In this document: positions 1 through 9,600 of the stretch, in pieces
How the letters are laid out: each line of letters begins with the position of its first letter
Numbering within the stretch: the first letter of the stretch is position 1
Assembly (NCBI GenBank): GCA_041821225.1
Contig: JBGUET010000001.1
Location: 1 to 33,991, forward strand
Direction of reading: 5' to 3'
DNA: 33,991 nucleotides
Origin: Sedimentibacter sp.
Lineage (GTDB): Bacteria > Bacillota > Clostridia > Tissierellales > Sedimentibacteraceae
Notes under the pieces: model-generated
The model's database searches: none
What the model was told of the DNA's origin: nothing
Seen by the model: only the letters and a program-made list of their open reading frames with translations
Position numbers and translations under genes: made by a program

Positions 1-89
1 CATAAAAAGATGAGAATTATCTTGAATATACCTGATTTATCTATAATTATTATAGTAATATATTGTGTTGTTAAGAAGGGAGTATAGAG

Positions 90-575
90 ATGAAAAATAG
101 GGATGTGATACTATGTATAGTGGTTATAATGATATTAATTTGCATAGGAGTTATATCTACACAGTTTCAACATAAAAAAATCATGGAAAATAATAATTTG
201 AAAAGTAAGTTAGAAACTATTGCTGAAAGTAAAAAAGAAAATGATGAGAAAATTATAATTGAATTTAAGGAAATTGTAACTTTTGATTGGGATAGATTAT
301 ATATTCTTACCCCATATGCTAGTCCTGAGGAATATGCAAAAGAACAAAATATTGAAGGGATAAACTTAATTAATACAGATATAGACATAAATGATGGTAA
401 TAATTTACTTATATTCGTTTTAGATAAAAAAATTGTTTCATATGTCAATTATCCTAGAAGCAAAGGTGATTTCTATAACTCTATAAAATATGAACAAGAT
501 GGACTTACTCCTGATGAAGCAATTTTTGAGGTTACAGAAGAAAAGGACTGGTTAAAAATAATTAATATTAATTAA
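90..575 (+). CDS. Hypothetical protein with N-terminal signal/membrane anchor
   Basis: 161-aa ORF; AAGGGAG RBS just upstream; hydrophobic N-terminus VILCIVVIMILICIGVI; no catalytic motif recognised. Confidence 0.8.
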   Translation: MKNRDVILCIVVIMILICIGVISTQFQHKKIMENNNLKSKLETIAESKKENDEKIIIEFKEIVTFDWDRLYILTPYASPEEYAKEQNIEGINLINTDIDINDGNNLLIFVLDKKIVSYVNYPRSKGDFYNSIKYEQDGLTPDEAIFEVTEEKDWLKIININ

Positions 576-746
576 TATTAAGTGATGCTATGTTGCATGA
601 CAGTAATAAATAAAACAATGATTCATTTAAAGTAAAATCATACAAAATAAGAGGAAAGATTTTATGTCGGGGAATGATATTCTCGGATTAATTGAAAGCA
701 TTGTTATCATATCTTTATGAATAAAAATAAAAGTTTGTTAATGAGT

Positions 747-783
747 AGACTTAGGTGATTAAATATCACCTAAGTCTTTTTTT
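747..783 (+). terminator. Rho-independent terminator; left boundary of the cluster
   Basis: Perfect 13-bp stem AGACTTAGGTGAT (747-759) / ATCACCTAAGTCT (765-777), 5-nt loop, T run to 783. Confidence 0.9.
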
Positions 784-811
784 CCGACATTATACATGAG
801 AAATTGTCGAA
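783..811. promoter_or_regulatory. Putative Spo0A (0A) boxes in inverted orientation
   Basis: TGTCGAA at 805-811 matches the TGNCGAA consensus; TCCGACA at 783-789 reads TGTCGGA on the minus strand (1 mismatch). The perfect box ends about 20 nt before the -35. Confidence 0.5.
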
Positions 812-830
812 ATATGATGGAAAAATATGG

Positions 831-859
831 TTGACACACGTATATATGTATAATAGTAT
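831..859 (+). promoter_or_regulatory. Putative sigma-A promoter for accD-accA and possibly the whole cluster
   Basis: Perfect TTGACA (831-836), 17-nt spacer, TAGTAT (854-859, 4/6 match); directly downstream of the terminator. Confidence 0.6.
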
Positions 860-953
860 TAATGTATACTAATAACACAATTTACATTTAAAGTATTAAG
901 TAATATTATGTTGAATTGAATACAAATAATTTAAAATGTGTAAAGATAAAAAG

Positions 954-1284
954 ATGAATTTTGAGATACAAAATGAGTTTAGTTAAACAGTAGAGATTGT
1001 GAAGAAGCTTGTTTTGCCACAAATTGTAGGTACTATAAGAACGAAATTATCATAATAAAACTTAGAGATATTTTGCGTACGTACATAAAAGGGACAACCT
1101 TAAAAGGATTAGAGGATGGGGATAACAAACTTGGTTTTGATATTAAAGCTATAAGAGTGGATTACGAATAAAAGCTAATGTAGAAGCTCCAATGAAAATA
1201 TTAGATGAAATATATGCCTATAATGGATTGCTTGATTATGAAGGATTAACAAAGATTGTAGAAGGATTAAACAACAAATTATAG
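954..1284 (+). pseudogene. Possible decayed gene remnant in the long leader of accD
   Basis: Purine-rich, coding-like stretch in broken frames: ATG 954 to TAA after 10 codons; a 62-codon stop-to-stop frame at 983-1171; a 30-aa ORF at 1192-1284. No family recognised. Confidence 0.25.
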
Positions 1285-1335
1285 ATTTTCAAATTCTAAT
1301 GAAAGTGAATTAAATTTATAAAGTGGTGAGAAATT

Positions 1336-2250
1336 ATGGAAAAAAGATTGTTTGATAAAATCAAATATATAATCGTAAGTTCTGTCCATCTAGTTTCTTT
1401 TGAAACCTATGGTAGTAATGTAACATGCAAGGAAATTGATGAAACTAAGAGTGAAAGTAAAAGTGAACTTAAACCCAATGTAACTGAATGTATATGCCCT
1501 AAGTGCGGTGAAACATTATTAAAAAAAGATTTAGAAAACAATTTAAATGTGTGCACAAAGTGTAATGCACATTTTAGACTTTGTGCTCTAGATAGGATAA
1601 AACAAATATTAGATGAGGGGAGTTTTATAGAGTTTGATAAAGAAATGAGAAGTGCTAATCCTCTATCTTTTCCTAATTATGAAAAGAAAATAAAATATGT
1701 GCAACATAAAACTGGTTTAATCGAAGCAGTTATAACAGGAAAGGGAGAAATATATGGACAGAAAGTGGTAATTGCCATTATGGATAGTTTTTTTATGATG
1801 GGAAGTATGGGGTCAGTTGTAGGTGAAAAAATAACTAGAGCAGTAGAAAAAGCAACAAAAGCAAGATTACCCATTATAATATTTACAGCTTCTGGTGGAG
1901 CTAGAATGCAGGAGGGAATTTTTTCACTCATGCAGATGGCAAAAGTGAGCGCTGCGATTTCACGCCATAACTCTGAAGGATTACTTTATATTACAGTATT
2001 AACCGATCCAACCACTGGTGGGGTGACAGCAAGCTTTGCCATGCTTGGAGATATAATTTTGGCTGAACCAAAAGCTCTTATTGGATTCGCAGGTAAAAGA
2101 GTAATTGAACAGACTATAAAGCAAAAGATTCCTCTAGAATTTCAAAGTGCTGAATTTTTGTTAGATCATGGATTTATAGATAAAATAATTGCCAGACGCG
2201 AGCTGAAGAAAACATTGGAACAAATACTTTTAATTCATAAGAACAGCTAG
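1336..2250 (+). CDS. accD: Acetyl-CoA carboxylase carboxyltransferase beta subunit
   Basis: C4 zinc finger CPKC...CTKC; motifs [50 protein letters not shown]. Confidence 0.97.
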   Translation: MEKRLFDKIKYIIVSSVHLVSFETYGSNVTCKEIDETKSESKSELKPNVTECICPKCGETLLKKDLENNLNVCTKCNAHFRLCALDRIKQILDEGSFIEFDKEMRSANPLSFPNYEKKIKYVQHKTGLIEAVITGKGEIYGQKVVIAIMDSFFMMGSMGSVVGEKITRAVEKATKARLPIIIFTASGGARMQEGIFSLMQMAKVSAAISRHNSEGLLYITVLTDPTTGGVTASFAMLGDIILAEPKALIGFAGKRVIEQTIKQKIPLEFQSAEFLLDHGFIDKIIARRELKKTLEQILLIHKNS

Positions 2251-2466
2251 TTAAAGCGAATAATTAGTTTGTGATTAACTATGTTGCTGTGGAATAACTG
2301 GTTTACAGTATTTAATAATAGTAATTGACAATAATCAAAATTAAGACAAGATAAAATCAAATTATGAGTTGAAGATATTAGATAAGAGATTGGTGGTAAC
2401 ATTCGTAGTTATTCTGACTGATTGATTATTAATGCTTACAACTACATTATACGAGGAGGTAGTATA

Positions 2467-3324
2467 GTGTCATTACGAGGGGTGGCAGGACTAGAAAAAA
2501 TGCTTGCTGAATTAACCCATAAAGAATTTACTCCATGGGAAAAAAGAACTATCGCTAGATTGCCGAGCAGACCATGCGCTCTAGATTTTATAGATAGAAT
2601 ATTTGATTCTTTTATAGAGTTTCATGGAGACAGAAATTTTGGAGAAGATGCATCTGTAGTTGGAGGCATCGCGATGTTTAATGGTATAGCGGTTACTGTT
2701 ATTGCACAGCAAAAGGGAAGCACTATTGAGGAAAGGATTAAAAGGAACTTTGGTATGTCCAATCCTGAAGGCTATAGGAAGACTTTAAGACTTATGAAGC
2801 AGGCTGAAAAATTTAAAAGGCCTGTAATATGTTTTATAGATACTCAGGGTGCCTTTTGTGGAATTGAGGCAGAGGAAAGAGGACAGGGAGAAGCTATAGC
2901 TAGTAATCTATTTGAAATATCAAGTCTTAAAATTCCTATTATTTCTATTGTTATTGGAGAGGGCGGAAGTGGTGGAGCACTAGCACTGGGAGTGGCAGAT
3001 GAAGTTTGGATGTTAGAATATGCTGTATATTCTATTCTTTCACCGGAAGGATTCGCAAGTATACTTTGGAAGGATAGTAGTCGTGCAGAAGAAGCAGCAA
3101 AAATTATGAAAATAACTGCTCAGGATTTAAAGCAGTATGGAATCATTGATAGAATTATAAGTGAACCTATTGGTGGTGCGCATATGAATGTAGACAAAGT
3201 CGCAAAATCAATTAAAGATGCTTTATTTAAGACATTACCGATACTGCTTAATAAATCTGAAAAAAATCTTATTGAAGATAGATATAAAAGGTATAGATGT
3301 ATGGGAATATATGAAGAAAATTAA
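2467..3324 (+). CDS. accA: Acetyl-CoA carboxylase carboxyltransferase alpha subunit
   Basis: Motifs FHGDR, RNFGM, PEGYRK, IDTQGA, AEERGQ, GEGGSGGAL, YSILSPEG. Start revised from 2422 to GTG 2467, 6 nt after AGGAGGT (2454-2460). Confidence 0.95.
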   Translation: MSLRGVAGLEKMLAELTHKEFTPWEKRTIARLPSRPCALDFIDRIFDSFIEFHGDRNFGEDASVVGGIAMFNGIAVTVIAQQKGSTIEERIKRNFGMSNPEGYRKTLRLMKQAEKFKRPVICFIDTQGAFCGIEAEERGQGEAIASNLFEISSLKIPIISIVIGEGGSGGALALGVADEVWMLEYAVYSILSPEGFASILWKDSSRAEEAAKIMKITAQDLKQYGIIDRIISEPIGGAHMNVDKVAKSIKDALFKTLPILLNKSEKNLIEDRYKRYRCMGIYEEN

Positions 3325-3640
3325 GCTGATTTCAGACATATTTATAAATCAACCTTCTTTAAAATATATACGGATATTTTTTTAATTTCGTTTACCTTTT
3401 GGAGTATAGTTCAAGATAGGAAAGATTAATATTAGTGTAGGTGAAATAATAAAAAATGGTCAAGTATTCTTTGAAATCTCTAAGGGATTACAGTAGAGCA
3501 AGTATTGAATTGAGTGATAAAGATAGGGAAAAAGTCCCGTTAGTGAAATGGAGGTTGTAGAGAAGAGTTCCAATTTATGAAGATATATGGCTTAGAAAGA
3601 GGTTTACTAGATAAATATAAATGGAGGCTATGATGCATTT

Positions 3641-6600
3641 ATGAAAGATTATTTTGATATTACAGAATGTATGAAAAATATTGCAAATACAGAAAAGGGA
3701 ATTACAATTATTTTATCAGAAACACAAGAAAAATTCATTTCATATCGCGATATATGGGTAAAAAGTTATTATTTTTACCAGTATTTAAAAGATAACGGGG
3801 TAAAAAGACAGGATGTTGTCGCTATATATTGTGATGATATTGAAAATATTATTTATACTCTTTGGACGTGTGCTATTGGAGATTTTATAGCCATGCCAAT
3901 TGCATATGGACTAGAACGAATATTTGATGATGAGTTTATATCTAATTCACAAAACCCATGTGTAGTTACGGACAATTCTTTAATTAATGAATATGCTTTT
4001 AAAAAGATTTTTGACATTACAAAAATACATTTTTCTGAAAAGAAATTTAGAGATACTTATCAGCTTAACCAATATTCATGTGAAGATTTAGTATGTATAC
4101 AATTTTCATCAGGCTCCACTGGTAAAGCCAAGGGAATACCAATAACGAGAAAAAATTTATGTGCTAATTTAAAAGATGAAATGAAATGCTTTAATGTTAA
4201 TGAAAACGACATTGTAGTGAATTGGGAACCACTAACACATTCAGGTGGGTTGATTATTTTTTATTATATGTCAATTGCGGCTGGAATTTCACAATATATA
4301 ATTTCACCAGATATATATGTTAAAAACCCATTATTGTGGTTAAAAATAATAAATAAAACGAGAGCTACAATTACCGGATCTGTGCCATTTGCATTGAAAC
4401 ATTTTATGAATATTTATAACAATCAGCAAATTGATTTCGATTGGGATTTGTCTTGTATAAAAATAATGACATTAGGTGCTGAGCATGTGGGCGTGGATTT
4501 ATATAGGAAGTTTACAGAGTCTATGAAAAAGTATAAATTCAGGCCAAATGCGATTGTTACTACATACGGAATGTCAGAAGCAACTTGTTTGGTTGCGTAT
4601 GGTATTAATGATGGGAATTTGGAATTCTATAAGCTGGCGTTAAAGGAACTCAGTTATGGTGGCGAAGTTGTAAAAAGTTCTGGAAATAGTATGAAACAGG
4701 AATATATCCTTTATTCGACGATTGGAGATTCTACGGAGGTGAAAATTATAAATGAGGAAGGGGAAGAATTGCCGAATGGAACTGTGGGAAGTATCTGCAT
4801 TAAAGGACCTTCTATTATTAATGGATATTTTACAAAGCAAGGAATCATTGCAGATGCCAATTTTCAGGATGGCTGGTTTGATTCCGGGGATTTGGGATTT
4901 TTGATTGAAGGTCGTCATCTTGGAATTGTTGGAAGAGTGAAAGATATTGTTGTCATAGGAGGAGAAAATTTTGAATGTAGCGCATTGGAGAACATAATAA
5001 AAGCAAGCAGTACCAGCAGCTTGCTAAAGGATGTTATTGTCTGCAATGTGGTTGACAAAAGTGGAATAGAATGTATAGGAGCATTTATTCTGTGTCCCGA
5101 TTTTCAGAAAAGCAGTTATTTCATCAAGGAGTTTGTAAAATGCAAAAATATAATCAGGGGAAAAATATTTGAAGAATTCGGGATTTTTATTGATACAATT
5201 ATTCCAATTAAAGAAATTCCAAGAAATGAAAGTGGGAAAGTAAAGCGCCTGGAACTTGGTTTAAAATATAATAATGGAGAATTTGATGAGATTATGAATA
5301 AAATTGAAAATGTTAAAGTTAAGGAAATAGGTAAATTAGAAGATAGTGAGATTGCGTTTGGTATAGCACAAGTAATTAAGGATACATTTGATATCAACAT
5401 AACGGATTATAATAGGCCATTTCAGGAGTATGGAATTGTTTCTGTAAATGTTCCTACATTAATTGGAAAAGTTAATGAAATGTTTAAAATAAATTTAAAA
5501 ACTACTTCTGTTTTTAATTATCCAAATGTAAATAGCCTGGCGGAATACATACATTCTGTTCTGAGTATTCAAAAGGCTGAGAAAAGTAACGTTTTTGCTC
5601 AGAATGATTCTTCAGATAGTATCGCAATTGTTGGAATGAGTTGTCGTTTCCCACAAGGAGGAAATAGTCCGGAAGAGTTTTGGAATCTATTAGTGCATGG
5701 AGTGGATGCGATTGGCGATGTACCAGAAGAAAGATGGGAAGTAGAAAAATATTTTTCTGCAGATGATAAAGAAGAAGGAAAAATGTATTGTAAAAAAGGC
5801 GGATTTCTAAATGTGCCAATTGATCAGTTTGATCCAAAGTTTTTTAATATATCACCGAAGGAAGTGGCAGAAATTGACCCGCATCATAGAATACTGATTG
5901 AACTAACTTGGGAAGCATTTGAAAATGCAGGCTTGGATATTAGCAAGTATAGTGGATCACGTACTGGAGTGTTTTTAGGATTGGCATCAGATGAGTACGG
6001 TATGGCTTCTGTTAGTTCTGGAAATGTATCTAAAATTGACTCCTATTCCTTGACAGGTATCTGTAAAAGTACAGCATGCGGAAGAATTTCTTACATGTTT
6101 GGATTTGAGGGCCCGTCTCTATCTGTGGATACAGCGTGTTCTTCTGTATTGACTGCACTCCATCTCGCTTGTTCTTCTATCAAAAATAATGATGCTGATG
6201 TTGTAGTTGTTGGTAGTTCCAGCCTGATGCTTTCTCCCACAATTGGTATTGCATTTTCAAAACTGCAGGCCACTTCTCATGATGGCCACTGCAAAACGTT
6301 TGATGCCACTGCAGATGGTTATGGAAGAGGGGAAGGTGCAGGTATCATTATTCTAAGGAAATTATCAGAAGCGGTAAAAGATAATGACAATATTTTAGGT
6401 GTGATTTGTTCAACGGGACTAAATCAAGATGGAAATAGCAATGGACTGACTGCACCAAAGGGAGAGTCTCAGAAAAAAATAATTGAACATACATTGAAGA
6501 AATCCGGGATTTGTGCAGAAGATGTGGATTATATTGAGGCACATGGTACTGGTACTCCGTTAGGAGACCCCATTGAAGTAAATGCGATTATTGATGCTTA

Positions 6601-9600
6601 TTGCAAAGAAAGGGCAAAAAATCATCCATTACTAATCGGTTCCGTAAAATCTAATATAGGTCATTTGGAGGCCGCTTCCGGTATGGCATCAATAATTAAA
6701 GTATTGTTGTCTTTTAGACATAATATGATTCCAGGTGACTTACATTATTCCAAACCAAATCCTGAAATAGCATGGAATGATGCTAATGTGGAAGTCGTAG
6801 ATAAAAATACAAAATGGGATGGAGAAGGCAGAGTAAGAAGAGCTGGAATCAACAGCTTTGGTTTTGGAGGTTCTAATGCCCATGTGATTATGGAAGAATA
6901 TAAAAAGAAGGATACTTCTCCAGTCGTAGAAACTGACAGTCATGATTTTCAATATGTATTGAAAATATCTGGCAAAACTCAGGAAAGTATAAAGAAGTTA
7001 GCAAAAGACTATAAAGACACAATTGAAAGCCATGAGGATGAATATTTAACAAATATTTTATATACAGCAGACAGGGGAAGAGGAGACTTTAACTACAGAG
7101 TCGCAGTGACAGGTGGTTCTAAAGAAGAACTTTTAGATGGAATGAAAGCGCTTATTGATGGGAAACAAGCTGGCAATTTATTCTCTTCTGTTACAAAACA
7201 GAGAAAAAAAGTAGTGTTCATGTTTACTGGTCAGGGGTCTCAGTATGTAGATATGTGTCGACAATTATTTGATACGAATGATACCTTCAAGGAAGCTATG
7301 CTAAAATGTGACGGAATGTTCCGTCCATATATTTTAAAATCACTTATTGAACTGATTTACGGCGAACAAGCCGACAGTGAGGTAATCGAAAAAACGATTT
7401 ATGCACAGCCTTTGATCTTTTCTATTGAATATTCATTGTGCAGAGTTTGGGAAAAGTATGGAGCCTGTCCGGATATGGTAATTGGACATAGTATAGGAGA
7501 GTATGCAGCGGCAGTTGAGGCTGGAATTTTTTCATTAGAATCTGCAGTAGAACTGGTTTCTGCAAGAGGAAGGCTTATGGATGCAGCACCAGGCAGTGGA
7601 ACTATGGTAACAGTTTTTGCAGATATTGATTGTGTGAATAAACTGATTGGAGAATATTCGGATCGTGTTGTGGTTGCTGTACATAATGCACAAGAAGTAT
7701 GTGTTATTTCAGGAGAAAAGGAGTTAGTTGAAAAGATACGTAATAAAGCAGAAAACATGGGAATTCGTGTACGTCAATTAAAGGTTTCTCATGGATTTCA
7801 TTCTCCGTTAATGAAAAGTGCAGCTGAGGATTTCAAAGCACTTGCAAATAGAATCGAATATCATAGACCAAAAATTAGGTTTATATCTTGTCTGTATGCT
7901 CGTGAAGTTTATCCAGATGAAATATTAGATGCTTCCTACTGGTCTGATCATATTTTTAATAGGGTTGATTTCTATAATTCAATGGCATATATAGAAAATG
8001 AACAAGATGTTTTCATGTTGGAAGTAGGACCAACAAATTCTTTAGGAGCATTATGCAGACTTATTTATGGAAACAGCCGTGCCTTTGCAAGTTCAATCAC
8101 TAGAACTACAGATGATTTAAGACAGATGATGGACGCTTTGGCCAAACTTTATGTCTCTGGTATAAATATAGACTGGAATAAAATTATATTTGATGGTGTA
8201 GAAACATGGAATAGAACAAACTTTCTTCCAAATTATCCGTTTGAACGAGCAAGTTATTGGAAGGAGATTATGTATGATAGGAAAGAACATGCAGAAGTTG
8301 AGTATGACAATGCAGATTTACTGCTTGGTCAGAGAATTGAATCAATCTGCATGGATGATACAATTATTTTCCAGAGAAAATTTAATTGTAATGTACCATA
8401 TTTTATGAGTGAACACATTATTTACAAGACAGCTATTTCACCAGCAGCTGCATATGTTTCTATTCTAATTAGTGCTATGAAAGAAATTAGAAATCCTAAG
8501 AGTATTACCATTCAGAATATCGAATTGCGTTCGCCGTTGATTGTTACTGAAAATGATGAACGCCTAGTACAAATATGCATATCTCACGCATGGTCAACGA
8601 CGTGTGAATACAAAATTATAAGTAAATCATTAACTGATGATAATGCAGAATGGGAAATTCATTCACAAGGTACGATTAAAGTAAATGATTCCTATGTGAA
8701 AAACAAGAAACCATTTGAGTTAGAACAATGGCAGAAGATTGAGGAAAATTTAAACGAGGAGAATATTGTATATCGTGCTATGGTAAATGCCGGGTTCGAT
8801 TTAGGAATCGGATTTCGTAGAGTCACAAGATCCTTATGTACAGATAATACTGGAATCTGCTATATTGAACCATTGAAGTCTATTCCATATAAGGAAAAGT
8901 ATGTTATTTACCCTGGCGTAATTGATTCTATTTTCCATACTATGTTAAGCATTATCCTAGAGGCTGGTTATGTATCTGTGGAAAAAGAAAATAATTGGGA
9001 AACAATGATTCCATATTTTGTTTCAGGAATTTCTTATAATTATTTAAATTCTGACAAGCTGTGGTGTAATTCCAATGCTCTTTTCGAACATCAGAGTATA
9101 ATCGGAGATGTAGATGCCTTTAATGAGTCTGGTGATTTAATTATGCAAATTGATAACATGATAACGAAAATCACCACTGAAAAAAATTTGCTGAATGGAA
9201 TTAAAAATGATTTTAGTAAGCTATATTATCACTATGACTGGGCAAAATATGAACCAGTAGCAGCGAAAAAAGCAGATTATGATTCCATTGTTTTGATTTC
9301 CGATCAGAAATCGGATTTAGAGAACTTGAAAACGTATTGGCAGGCAGATGGCAGAAAAGTAAGATGTGTGATTGCTGGCGGACTTACGGAGCAAGGATGG
9401 AAAGAACTTGTGTCTGAGGAATCGGCACAGAAGAAACGGGTGATTTTTGTATATGGTTGTGGAGCATTCAAAGATACCTTTGAAGAAAAGGAAGAGTCAC
9501 TTAAACATGTAGTGAACTTGGCACATGCATTTTCACAGCTTCATGTTGAGAGGACATGTTCATTGTGTTTTGTAACTGTACAGGCGAACCAATATAAGAA

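Noticed and set aside
22-47. Promoter for the first ORF (TTGAAT...TATAAT)
   Set aside because: 14-nt spacer in very AT-rich sequence; not distinguishable from chance.
831-854. Perfect TTGACA with perfect TATAAT (849-854)
   Set aside because: Spacer is only 12 nt; TAGTAT at 17 nt is the workable -10.
853-872. Firm call of a FapR operator
   Set aside because: Half-sites are 8 nt apart rather than 5; kept only as an unassigned palindrome.
2005-2050. AdmT-like andrimid resistance substitution in AccD (E. coli PTMGG Met-to-Leu site)
   Set aside because: The sequence is [11 protein letters not shown], the ordinary clostridial form; no direct sequence evidence of resistance.
3361-3383. Terminator between accA and the PKS (AAAATAT...ATATTTT)
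   Set aside because: 7-bp stem made only of A-T pairs; too weak to call.
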